Source of the DNA: Octopus vulgaris
Taxonomy: Eukaryota
Assembly: GCA_951406725.2 (NCBI GenBank)
Contig: OX597822.1
Span: 54,064,001 to 54,128,000, forward strand
Length of the DNA: 64,000 nucleotides
Reading direction: 5' to 3'
The translations under genes and the position numbers were made by a program. Of the stretch, positions 13,240 to 24,706 are shown in pieces (the first letter of the stretch is position 1; each line of letters starts with the position of its first letter). The notes beneath the pieces are model-generated. The model made no database searches. It worked only from the letters and a program-made list of their open reading frames with translations, and was not told where the DNA came from.

Positions 13240-13940
13240 AGCCAAGCCGGAACAGATATTTTTCACGAGGCATTCTCGTTGCTACCTCGTCAATATCTGA
13301 CCTAAAGTTTTCAAATCGTCGCACTCGCGCCAAATTTATCGGCAGCAAATAAATATAAGCCGCCGATTCCATTACGGAATTAACCAGAAAATTCATAATT
13401 AATCAATATAGGGTGGCAAAAAAAATTTTGTAGAATTCTTTTGCCACCAGCGGCCTAGTGGGAAAAAATTAAATAGTCATAAACCATTTTTAAGTTCAAC
13501 ATCACAATCAAGGAACGGCCATAATAGGCCATTCACCCACTAGAAATAACAGCCAAAAGCTTTAACCGCAAAATAACGTCAATTCCGTAAACCAGGAGAA
13601 AATTAAAAAAACATTTACCCTCTTTTGGCTGTTATTTCTAGTGGGTGAATGGCCTATTATGGCCGTTCCTTGATTGTGATGTTGAACTTAAAAATGGTTT
13701 ATGACTATTTAATTTTTTCCCACTAGGCCGCTGGTGGCAAAAGAATTCTACAAAATTTTTTTGCCACCCTATATTGATTAATTATGAATTTTCTGGTTAA
13801 TTCCGTAATGGAATCGGCGGCTTATATTTATTTGCTGCCGATAAATTTGGCGCGAGTGCGACGATTTGAAAATTTTAGGTCAGATATTGACGAGGTAGCA
13901 ACGAGAATGCCTCGTGAAAAATATCTGTTCCAGCTTGGCT

Positions 13941-14047
13941 ATTTCTTACTGATGAATGTAAGGGCCTATGGTAGATTGGCTTGATTTAATTTAATCAGGT
14001 TAGTTTTCCATTAAACAGTAGATGAAACGATGCATCGTCTAAGAAAT
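13941..14047 (+). ncRNA. Canonical type I hammerhead ribozyme, second copy
   Basis: CTGATGA 13949-13955, GAAA 14024-14027, GTC 14037-14039, stem I ATTTCTTA/TAAGAAAT. One C>G change at 13958 breaks a stem II pair. Confidence 0.85.
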
Positions 14048-14191
14048 TACAGGGTAAATGTTTTTTAATTTTCTCCTGGTTTACGGAATTGACGTTATTT
14101 TGCGGTTAAAGCTTTTGGCTGTTATTTCTAGTGGGTGAATGGCCTATTATGGCCGTTCCCTGATTGTGATGTTACATATATATATATATAT

Positions 14192-14242
<51 letters not shown>

Positions 14243-14255
14243 CATATATATATAC

Positions 14256-14307
<52 letters not shown>

Positions 14308-14325
14308 GCATATATATATATATAC

Positions 14326-15159
14326 ATCCACTTTGGAAAAGAGGATGCCCTGAAACTCCCATACTTCCTTCCTTCAGGTGAAACTCTCGCGGCGTCCAAC
14401 AACATCAGAGACTTGGGAGTAATTGTGGACAACAACATAAGCTGGGCTACTCATATAAACACCAAAGTTGACATGGCCCGCAGAATGTGTTCCTGGATTC
14501 TCAGAACTTTCCAGTCGAGAGATATCCACACCATTATCCTTCTCTTCTCCACTTTTGCCCGACCCCACCTTGAATACTGTTGTCCACTGTGGTCTCCCCA
14601 CACAATAAAAGGTATCATAAAAGTTGAAGCACCTCAAAGGGCAATCACAAAAAAGATAGATGGCATGACAGGCCTCGACTATTGGGGTCGACTAGAAAAG
14701 CTAAAGCTTTATTCTCTCCAACGTCGTCGTGAGCGCTACATCATCTGCATGATGTGGAAAATATTCCATCAGCATTGCCCAAATGATGTTGGCATCACCT
14801 TTAAGGTACATCCAAGGCTTGGGCCCCGTGCCATCCGCCCAAAACAAAAATCGCACTCTCATCTCATAACAACAATACGGCACAATTATTTCACCTCAAT
14901 TGGCCCCGCTCTCTTTAACATTACACCAAAACACATTAAAACAGAAACTGACCCTATAAGGTTCAAGAAGTCTCTGGACAGATTCCTTCAAGAAATCCCG
15001 GATAAACCCCCTACACCCGGATATGTCTCTGTAAACAATAACTCTCTACTTGAGTGGGCCATAGTGCCCAAATTCTGACTTGAAAGACTTCACCAGGTGG
15101 TGCTATTAAGTTAGACATGGCCTGGGCCAATAATGGCCGAAACCTATCAAAGTATCAAA

Positions 15160-15162
<3 letters not shown>
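14326..15162 (+). mobile_element. 5'-truncated CR1/L2-group LINE; uninterrupted C-terminal ORF2 frame (14326-15078) plus 3' UTR
   Basis: [52 protein letters not shown]. The UTR ends in a hairpin (GGCC aataat GGCC) and (TATCAAAG)2, flanked by (AT)n. Confidence 0.85.
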
Positions 15163-15238
<76 letters not shown>

Positions 15239-15263
15239 CATATATATTTATACATACATATAC

Positions 15264-15294
<31 letters not shown>

Positions 15295-15333
15295 CATACA
15301 TACATATACATATATATATATACATACATATAC

Positions 15334-15365
<32 letters not shown>

Positions 15366-15479
15366 ATATATACATATACATATATATATATATACATACA
15401 TATACATATACACACATATACATATATATATATATATATATACACATACATATACATATATATTTATACATACATATAC

Positions 15480-15513
<34 letters not shown>

Positions 15514-15544
15514 GTATATGTATGTATAAATATATATGTATATG

Positions 15545-15587
<43 letters not shown>

Positions 15588-15600
15588 ATATGTATATACA

Positions 15601-15784
15601 GAGTTCTTCGCTTTGAAACCAAAAGAGTTTTACATTGATGGAATTAAAAAGCTTGTAAATAGATGGAAGTAAGTCATAGATAATCAGGGAAAGTACATTG
15701 ATGATTAACTTTCAATTAAATATAACATTTGATCACTTGGATTCTTTATCTAAAATTCAGACAGAACTTATGGGATGACCTGAG
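15601..15784 (+). mobile_element. Mariner 3' fragment
   Basis: [34 protein letters not shown] followed by a TIR-like ACAGAACTTATGGGATGACCT. Confidence 0.7.
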
Positions 15785-16401
15785 ATATATACACTGGCGA
15801 AAATATATTTAAGACCGACGATAAAAGTTCTATTTCTTACAAAATATTTTGTTACTAACACCATACAAATTATTTATATCTTTTACACCTTATGCAAAAT
15901 TTATTTCTCTTTCGAATGATGCAAACAATGTTTATACAGCTTGAAGAATTCTAATGCTAAATTAATATATATTTCTTTACTGCCCACAAGGGGCTAAATA
16001 TAGCGGGGACAAACAAGGACAGACAAACAGATTAAGTCGATTACATCGACCCCAGTGCGTAACTGGTACTTAATTTATCGACCCCGAAAGGATGAAAGGC
16101 AAAGTCGACCTCGGCGGAATTTGAACTCAGAACGTAATATAAACGTTTCAAATTTACCGGCAAAATTATTTTAAGACCATGTAATACAATAATTTTAATG
16201 GAGATAACCTGCAGTATATAGTACAACATTTTGTCTCCGTATATGAGCTAAGTATTAATAAAATGTGGTACACGATAAACATTTCGGATATTTGTCTTAA
16301 AACATTCAGACAAGAAAATTCAGATGTAGCACATGAGATATTATTCCGTACGAATATACACATATTTATGTTAAGAGTTTCATGATAAAAATATAGAAAT
16401 A

Positions 16402-16967
16402 TTGGGTTGTCCGGAAAGTTCGTGCCGATTCATTGTAGCTTATCTTTCGACTTATTTTAGAACATGTTTGAGTTCATAAAATAGGATTTGACTACACCTC
16501 CATTTAAAGCACAGTTTAAGCTATCTTTTCGTGGAAGAAGGTTTATGTTCCTATAACCTGTGTTAATTCTGTAACCCTTTAAAATAAAAGATGAGAAAGT
16601 TCATTTTTGGCACTTGATGCTTTGGGAACCAGACAAAAATTGCTGCAGCTCGGCTGGGATGTGTTACCCCCATCTTCCCTATTCCCCAGATATTGCTCCT
16701 TCGGATTTCCACTTATTCAGGTCTCTACAGAAAAGTTTTAATGGTAAAAATTTCAATTCCTTGGATGACGTAAAAAGATATCTTGATGAATTCTTTGCCA
16801 TGAAACCACCCCAATTCTGGGAAGAGGGTATTTTCAAGGTAAAGGAAAGATGGAGACGTATTGTGCAACGAAATGGTTCAGATTTGGTTCATTAAAAATG
16901 TAATGGCAAGTATTTAGTGACCTTTACTTTCCTTTAAAAATCGGAACGAACTTTCCGGACAACCTAA
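16402..16967 (+). mobile_element. Internally deleted mariner (566 bp); duplicate at 25664-26229
   Basis: TIRs TTGGGTTGTCCGGAAAGTTCGTGCCGATT / AATCGGAACGAACTTTCCGGACAACCTAA with TA flanks. Contains HLPYSPDIAPSDFHLF..ERWRRIV. Confidence 0.9.
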
Positions 16968-17904
16968 TATAAATATAACAATGAAATACGAATATAAACA
17001 TGAAAAATAAAAACCTAAATTGAAAGAGGCGATTAAAATGTTTTTCCTAACCTGCAGCCGTTTCAGAAAAGTGGTTGTACGAAGTATTCGAAATTCAACC
17101 CTCCTTCCTCAGGGTTCCTTTCTCGAGGTAAAATCCAGCAAAAAGCATTAAGGCACTACATGGAGAGTATTCAGTTGGTGAAAGTTCAGTTTTTGAGTAT
17201 CGATGAATAAGCGAGAGCATAATATCAGGTTCTGCGATATTTTCAAGAGGATTACCACGTTTAAATAAGAAATGAAATTTATTGAAAGGTTAATCATGCA
17301 AATAGTAGCCAATGGGAACATTCCACGCTGTACTGATTACTATAAAAAAATAATTTAAGATTACAGGTTTGTGCATAAGTGTTAATTGGATCTAATGATC
17401 TAATTGAACCGTATTTTCAAAAAGCTTTTATATTCTAAAAAAATATATTTTAAAGTTTAAGAAAATTATAAGACGCTAAATATTTATGCTCACAACATAC
17501 TAAAATGTCTGTAATTTTTTTTTATATAGGGGTGAATAAATGAATTCTTGTGTCCCCTATATCTGATTTTAAAATCAGTAGTACTCCCTATATAAATTTT
17601 TCTAAGTCCGGAGCGTTAAACTAATAAACCTGTTTGCTGTTTACACACCCGTCTTCGACTTTTGTTCGTTTCTTTTGTAAATTCCAAATATATATATGTA
17701 TGTATGTGTGTGTATGCATATATGTATATATATATATATATATATGGACTTCGTAGACAGGAACTGAAACAAATCGATCGTATATATATATGTATGTATA
17801 TATGTAAGTGTATGTGTTTTGGTATTGGCAACATGAATGACAATGGCCAGAGATTACTTGAATTTTGCACATACCATAACCTGTGCATCACTAACACATT
17901 CATG

Positions 17905-18925
17905 TCCACAGATGTAGCAACATCTACGATGATGGACACTTTTTTTCCCCTTGTCCAGAACCATAATACCCGGTCGCCTTTCATGAAGTTCGCGATCTCT
18001 CTGTTCATTAAAATTGCATAAAACCTTATACAGGTCGTCCCATTTTCTTCCTATCTCAAACCCTCTTAACCGTAATATGTCCTAGTGTAGTGCTTTGGCC
18101 ACACAGTCGTGACTGTGTCTATATTCCTTCTTTGCCAAAGAACCACAGGAACTTTTTATGTGCATAACGGATTCTTCTTTCTCATTACATACTCTGCACG
18201 TTGCACTTGGTCTATTTTGGCCTTAATGATGTTCGTTCCCAGTGACTGTCTTTTAGCAGTCATTATGCGTCCTTCCGATTCTTTCTCAAGATCTCCATTC
18301 TTCAGCCATATTCAAAACTCCTTTGCTGCAACATCCTGCATTTGTCTGAGATGCTGACCGTGTAGTTCTTTTCCTCAGATATTTCTTTCTCGTCTCTGTT
18401 TTCTTGTATTCCGTTACTGTCTCCACGGCTTTTCCTCCTCTCTCCTGGCAGCTGAAATCAATCCCTCTAAGTTGCTTCTCACATACTCTTCTACATCGCG
18501 TTTTCCCATCTCTACGCAGTCTTCTATTGATATCAGTCCTCTCCCCAAATCCGTCCGTGGTGGGTGTAAGCTACCGACTCTCTGGGGTGTGACAACCTGC
18601 ACGTGGAAATTATCTTTCTGTTCTTACAATTTATATCACTTAGTTCTTCCTAAGTCCAGTTCAGGAAAGCAGCAGCATATCGCATTAGAGAGCCCGCCCA
18701 TGTGTTTACTGCAGAGATGCTTTTCCCTCCATTCAGTTTTGTGCTTAGCACCTTTTTTGCTCTCCTGACATATTCGTGTCTCACCTTCTCTTTCATTTCT
18801 TCGCAGAGAATTCTCTGCCCCCAATGCACGTAATATTTGTAACGGTCTCCTCATTCGTTGCTTGGATTTATGTCTGTTTTGGTAGTTTAATCCCTCCTGA
18901 CTAGGATGCTTTACCTCTCTTTATC
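17905..18925 (-). pseudogene. R4/Dong-like LINE fragment (post-RT to RLE), frameshifted; duplicate ~27210-28225
   Basis: AVNTWAGSLMRY, GRGLISIEDCVE, LHGQ..W.WLKNGDL and IIVDVA motifs. It abuts an opposite-strand RTE endonuclease piece (GNMNDNGQRLLEFC..LCITNTF, 17815-17905). Confidence 0.75.
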
Positions 18926-19045
18926 TATAGCATCGTACATTTATCTACACCAAAATGCTTAGCGGCATTTTGTCCGTCTTTACGTTCTGAGTTCAAATTC
19001 CGCCGAGGTTGACTTTGCCTTTCATCTTTTCGGGGTCGATAAAAT

Positions 19046-19368
19046 TAGTTTGTATTCATTTATGCGTCCTTTTCAAGCCTAGCCAGGCTCATAGGCCCGG
19101 TTTCCCGGTTTCTGTGGCGTATGTGTCTCCCCCCAGCTGGACGGGACACCAGTTCATCGCAGCGTTACTCAAGAAGCAGGAAGAAAGATTGAGAGAAAGT
19201 TGGGGCGAAAGAGAGTACAACAGGGGTCGCCACCACCCCTGCCGGAGCCTCGTGAAGCTTTAGGTGTTTTCGCTCAATAAACACACACAACGCCCGGTCT
19301 GGGAATCGAAACCGCGATCCTCCGACCGCGAGTCTGCTACCCTAACCACTGGGCCATTGCGCCTCCAC
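19046..19368 (-). mobile_element. tRNA-derived SINE family B, tail type 2, nested in a family A SINE
   Basis: Head GTGGAGGCGCAATGGCCCAGTGGTTAGGG..GGTTTCGATTCCC on minus; TSD GATAAAAT at 19038-19045 and 19369-19376. Confidence 0.8.
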
Positions 19369-19649
19369 GATAAAATAAGTACCAGTCAAATACTAGGGTG
19401 GATGTAATCAACTTCCTCCTCTCCTCGAACACTGTTGGCCCTTGGCCAAAATTTGTAACCATTATTATTATCAACATCATTATCATTATCAGCAGCAACA
19501 GCACCAAAAGCAGATTACTTTCGAGAACGTGCCAGCAGGGAAGCATCTAGAAGGTACTAGAAATAATAACCAAATTTCCCTCGAATCATATTTACCCTCT
19601 TAAAAAAGTGTGGATGAGGACATTCGTGTTAAACTATATCTTATATTTT

Positions 19650-19830
19650 CAGTTTCAGTCATTAGACTGCGGCCATGCTTGGGCAACGCCTGGAATAATT
19701 TTTGTCGAATTAATCGAATCCAGTAATTGGTTTATCGGTCCATTTTGCCGAGTCGTTAAGTTACTGGGGTGTAAAAACACCAACACGGTTGTCAAGCAGT
19801 GCTGGGGGACAAACACAAAGACAGACACCC

Positions 19831-19861
<31 letters not shown>

Positions 19862-20200
19862 TGCGACGAGCTTCTTTCAGTTAAGTCGATTTCATCGACC
19901 CCAGTGCGTAACTGGTACTTAATTTATCGACCCCGAGAGGATGAAAAGCAAAGTCGACCTCGGCGGAATTTGAACTCAGAACATAACGGCAGACGAAATC
20001 CCACGAAGTATTTCGCCATGCGTGCTAACGTTTCTGCCAGCTCGCCGCCTTTCAGTTTATATCTACCAAATCCACTCGAGGCTTTACTCTGCCCGAGGTT
20101 ATAGAAGAAGACAGTTGCTCGAAGTGCTACACAGTGGGACTGAACCCGGAACTATGTAGTTGGGAAGCAAACCTCTCACCATACAGCTACGCCAGCGCCT
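19650..20200 (-). mobile_element. SINE family C (CORE-like domain, internal microsatellite) interrupted by a family A copy (~19882-20050)
   Basis: Shares TTTCAGTCAT..GGCCATGCT tail and AGTGGGACTGAACCC head with the copies at 54891, 60231 and 62402. Confidence 0.7.
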
Positions 20201-20250
20201 TGGGGAAATTATTATTTTTAATGTACAACGGTATGGGCAAAGCTGGCAGA

Positions 20251-20481
20251 AAGGCGGCGAGCTGGCAGAAACGTTAGCACGCCGGGCGAAATGCTTAGCG
20301 GTATTTCGTCTGCGTTACGTTGTGAGTTCAAATTCCGCCGAGGTCGACTTTGCCTTTCATCCTTTCGGGGTCGATAAATTAAGTACCAGTTACGCACTGG
20401 GGTCGATGTAATCGACTTAATACCTATGTCTGTCCTTGTTGTCCCCTCTGTGTTTAGCCCCTTGTGGGTAATAAAGAAATA
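20251..20481 (+). mobile_element. SINE family A, full length
   Basis: Complete head to AAAGAAAT tail; TGGGCAAAGCT on both sides. Confidence 0.85.
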
Positions 20482-21195
20482 GATGTGGGCAAAGCTAGAG
20501 CCTTGCCCATACCGTTGTACATTTGATCGTAGGTCTGCTGGCTCAAACCTGATCCAAGGTTAAACAACAACAACAACAACAACAATAGCAGCAACAATTT
20601 TCTGGGAATATCTGGTCAAAGAGTAAAACATTCAAATAAATGGTAGGAGACGAGATCTGAGCTCAGAATATCGATTCGTTTCGTCAAATTTAACTCTAGA
20701 GGCATAGGTTGAGAGTAACAAAGAGGGAGTATTTAAAAATATCAAATTCAGTAGAATATTTAATAGTACTTTACTTTAATCCACCCCAAAACTATTGACC
20801 TTTCTTCTAGTTGACATTTACGCAACATTTGACAAACAACTTATTTACGTATCTACTTGCATCTCTCTCTTTCTCTCTCTGACGTTACAATGTATGTATT
20901 CATTAATATATCCAGTTCATGAGTATCACTTTTCCAGACTTAAGTGACTGGTGTGTATGTGTGTTTGTTCGTGCGTGCGTGCGTGCGTGTGTGTGTAGTG
21001 TAATAGCAGCCTTGCTAAATCGTTTCGGAGTTTCAAATTATAGCGTTTCCCAGTAAGACAAATATTCCTTTTTTAAGTCAAATCATGCAAGATATATATA
21101 TAATCTTTATTATAATAATAGCCGATATAAATGTTGGCTGGTTGTTTGGTTGGTTGGTTGGTTTTTCTAGTGATGCTTTACATCATATAGGGAGG

Positions 21196-21580
21196 GTGGA
21201 GGCGCAATGGCCCAGTGGTTGGGGTAGCGGACTCGCGGTCATAGGATCGCGATTTCGATTCCCAGACCGGGCGTTGTGAGTGTTTATTGAGCGAAAACAC
21301 CTAAAGCTCCACGAGGCTCCGGCAGGGGATGGTGGTGATCCCTGCTGTACTCTTTCACCACAACTTTCTCTCACTCTTACTTCCTGTTTCTGTTGTACCT
21401 GTATTTCAAAGGGCCGGCCTTGTCACTCTCTGTGTCACGCTGAATATCCCCGAGAACTACGTTGAGAGTACACGTGTCTGTGGAGTGCTCAGCCACTTAC
21501 ACGTTAATTTTACGAGCAGGCTGTTCCGTTGATTCGGATCAACCGGAACCCTCGTCGTCGTAACCGACGGAGTGCTTCCA
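21196..21580 (+). mobile_element. SINE family B, tail type 1; duplicate ~30325-30709
   Basis: tRNA-like head with A and B boxes; exact 12-bp TSD CATATAGGGAGG (21184-21195, 21581-21592). Confidence 0.9.
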
Positions 21581-22009
21581 CATATAGGGAGGAGGGAAAA
21601 TAGAGTCAACATAAAAAGTTAAAATCGATAGTGGTAGGAGCAAGGTAAAGATGAAAAAAAATCTTCGTAGTCGATAGGTACCAAATATCTTAAATATACT
21701 CGCACGCACGCGTGCGCTGCACATAATTTTCGGTCCATCGCGCACAGACAGGCGACAGGCATCAATGCAGTTTAAATAGAAAGATAAACATGACAGCTAA
21801 AAAAAAAGAGAAGGTAAAAAGCATTAGGTTTACATAACCATAATTGTGTGCATACATGTATGTATGTGTGATCGTGTGTGTGTGTGCATGTGATACTTAA
21901 TATTAATAGGACTGTTTACCCATAATGGAAAAGTATATTTCCAAATTTACCCGTGTATTACAGTGTATTACATATTGCCGTGTTGTGCAGTGTAATACCC
22001 GCTGATCAT

Positions 22010-23045
22010 CCTTTCGGGGTCGATGAAATAAGTACCAGTTGCGTACTGGTGTGGATGTAATCGACTCGCCCTCTCTGCACAAAATTTCATTATTCTAGCC
22101 GCTTGCTAGTAACTTTTTTTAAAGAGGCGGCGAACTGGCAGAAATGTTAGCACTCCGGGCGAAATGCGTAGCCGTATTTCGTCTGCCGTTACGTTCTGAG
22201 TTCAAATTCCACCGAGGTCGACTTTGCCTTTCATCTTTTCGGGGTTGATAAATTAAATACCAGTTACGCACTGGGTCGATATAATCGACTTAATCCGTTT
22301 GTCTGTCCTTGTTTGTCCCCTCTGTGTTTAGCCCCTTGTGGGTATAAAGAAATAGATATAGTAAAAAGAATTACTTAAGGCTGCAAGCTGGCAGAATCGT
22401 TAGCACGCCGGGTAGAATGCTTCGCGATATAGTAAAAACAATGACTTAAGGATGCGAGCTGACAGAATCGTTAGCACGCTAGGCGAAGTATTTCGTCCGT
22501 CTTTAAGTTTTGATCTCCTTCTTAGGGGATCGATAAAATAAGTACCAGCTAAGTACTGGAGTCGATGCAATCGACTATACCCCGCTTTAAAATTTCAGGC
22601 CTTGTGCCTACAGTAGAAATAATTATTGATAATAATTAATTAATAATAAAAATAATAATTTCTTATTTTTGCACAAGGCCAGCAATTTTGAGGCTCAACT
22701 TTTACAGTGCTCAACTTGTACTTATTTCATCGGCTCCGAAAAGATGAAAGGCAAAGTCGACCTCGACGGAATTCGAGATCAAAACTTAAAGATGGACGAA
22801 ATACCGCGAAGTAATTTTGCCCAGCGTGCTAACGATTCCATCAGCTCGCCACCTAAAGTAATTCTTTTTACTATAGGTACAAGGCTTGAGATTTTTGCGG
22901 GAGGGGGCTAGTCGGTTACATCCACTCCATTATTTGCCTGGTACTTATTTTATCGACCTTGAAAGGCTGAATGGGAAAGTCGACCTCAACGAAATTTGAA
23001 CTGAGAACGTAAAGACGAACGAAATGCCGCTAAGTATTTTGACCG
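22010..23045. mobile_element. Cluster of about six family A-related SINE copies in both orientations
   Basis: Repeated GCTGGCAGAA..GTTAGCAC heads and GTCGATAAA..AAGTACCAG centres. Confidence 0.8.
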
Positions 23046-23574
23046 ATGTGTTACAATAATAATGCACACACTTGTACTTGCAGAACGATGTTACTGTTTG
23101 CGTTGTTAACACTTTATCATTGGAAGTGCAGTTGTTGATTTACCGGTTATACTACTTCGCAAGACCACTGATCAAAATGGGTTTTATTCCTTGGTGGTTT
23201 TAAAAACCAATTACACTTGTTTACCGTTTATCGATCTCGGAAATGGACAGCAGGAAAAATAACAGAGAAAAAGCGAATATGATAATATCATTATCATTAA
23301 AATAAATGAATGACTAAAAACTAATTGTCTTAATAAATTTAATAGACTAACACTCAGTACTATTATTCAACGGAAAAGTGACACTAAGCATGTTTAAATC
23401 TGCTGTTATGCAAGTAAGCACCTTATAAAAAGGAAATTATTTAGGCAGTTACTATGCAAGCCATTAACTAATAATCCTGATCGTTTGTTCATTAACGTCT
23501 TTGTCACCGAAACATGTCCATCAATGTCCATGCTACTCACGCAACAAATAGTATTTTAGGCTTACATAGAGTAT

Positions 23575-23860
23575 TGTTGACTGGCACTCCGTCGGTTACT
23601 GCGACGAGGCTTCCAGCTAATCCGATCAACGGAACAGCAAATTAACGTGCAAGAGGCTGAGCACTCCACAGGCTGGTTCAGCATGATACACAGTGTGATG
23701 AGGCTGGCCTTATGAAACACAAGTACTATTCATTTTTGGCTGCTGTGTGGAGTGGATCAACTTGGAATAAAGTGTCTTGCTCAAGGACGGAACACGCCGC
23801 AGGAAACCGAACTCACGACCGTGTACCGCTTACCCTAACCACTAAGCCACGTGCCTTCAC
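23575..23860 (-). mobile_element. SINE family D (different head, shares the type-1 tail of family B); another copy ~54290-54617
   Basis: Tail complement GCACTCCGTCGGTTAC..GATCAACGGAACAGC..GGCTGAGCACTCCACAG matches 21480-21578, but the head is GTGAAGGCACGTGGCTTAGTGGTTAGGG. Confidence 0.7.
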
Positions 23861-24260
23861 TAGAGTATGGATAAGACTAAGGTATTGCAGAGAATTTCTA
23901 GTTTTGCAAGACTATTCACTTTATTATTTATACAGCAAACAGTTTTTGGTACGAAGCAAATTTTGGTTCATCCTGCTTCCTTCTTGTTTTGTAAATATGT
24001 TTCATTGTATCTTCTGGCTTTGTATTTGCTTTGCAAGATTTTTTTGATGTAAAATCGTGTGTTGAAAGAGACTTTATTTCATTATGCCAACAAGAAACAC
24101 ACGTACTGATTGTATTTCAGTTGTTGTTATTGTTGTTGTTGCTGTTGCTGTTGTTGTCGTCGTCGTCTTCTTCTTCTTCTTCTTCTTCTTCTTCTTCTTC
24201 TTCTTCTTCTTCTTCTTCTTCTTCTTCTTCTTCTTCTTCTTCTTCTTCTTCTTCTTCTTC

Positions 24261-24706
24261 CAATCATGGCTCACACCATTAACCATAAATATAAAACTCT
24301 AATTCGAGCCTACTCTAAGCTACTAAGAATGCGTGTGGAAAGATCCACCCACCACATGCAATAGAAAGCTACGTTGTTATCCTCATTACGTAAACGGTGG
24401 CTTTTAACGGGTGGAGAGCGGAACCATCCTGGCAAGTACAGAGGATTCGCAATCTAGACTAGGGTCTGAAAGTTTACCACACCATAGTGGGTTACACCAT
24501 GGTTCCTGGCAGAAGTAGGAAGAAAGAGTGAGAGAAAGTTGTGGTGAAAAAGTACAGCGGGGTTCACCACCACCCTCCGCCGGAGCATTGTGGAGCTTAG
24601 GTGTTTTTTGCCCAATAAACACTCACAATGCCCGGTCTGAAAATCGAAACCGCGTTCTTACGACCGCGAGTCCGCTGCCCTAACCACTGGGCCATTGCGC
24701 CTCCAC
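24261..24706 (-). mobile_element. SINE family B, tail type 3, ending in (GAA)n (24167-24260)
   Basis: Same head as 21196, diverging after ..CAACTTTCTCTCACTCTT into an unrelated tail. Confidence 0.75.

Larger units (their letters stand above)
12596..14173. mobile_element. Retrozyme-like array: ~491-nt hammerhead-containing unit, tandem on minus (12596-12710 partial; 12747-13621) then inverted on plus (13622-14173)
   Basis: AGTCATAAACC at 12596, 12984 and 13475, and GCCAAGCCGG at 12750 and 13241 (period 491). The inverted copy has CTTTTGGCTG at 13622 and 14112 (period 490). Embedded in (AT)n. Confidence 0.85.

Noticed and set aside
13880-13930. Possible second hammerhead in the unit (TTGACGA-GG..CC-TCGT-GAAA)
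   Set aside because: Four extra bases precede GAAA, there is no proper stem III, and the segment is better explained as a simple hairpin.
13784-13984. 66-aa ORF (MNFLVNSVMES...) present in each retrozyme unit
   Set aside because: Repeated only because the unit is repeated. It has no recognisable motif, overlaps the ribozyme core, and the 490/491-nt unit is not a multiple of 3. Not supportable without dN/dS or ribosome data.
21196-21275. tRNA-like sequences with A and B boxes
   Set aside because: These are SINE heads continuing into SINE bodies with TSDs; not called as tRNA genes.
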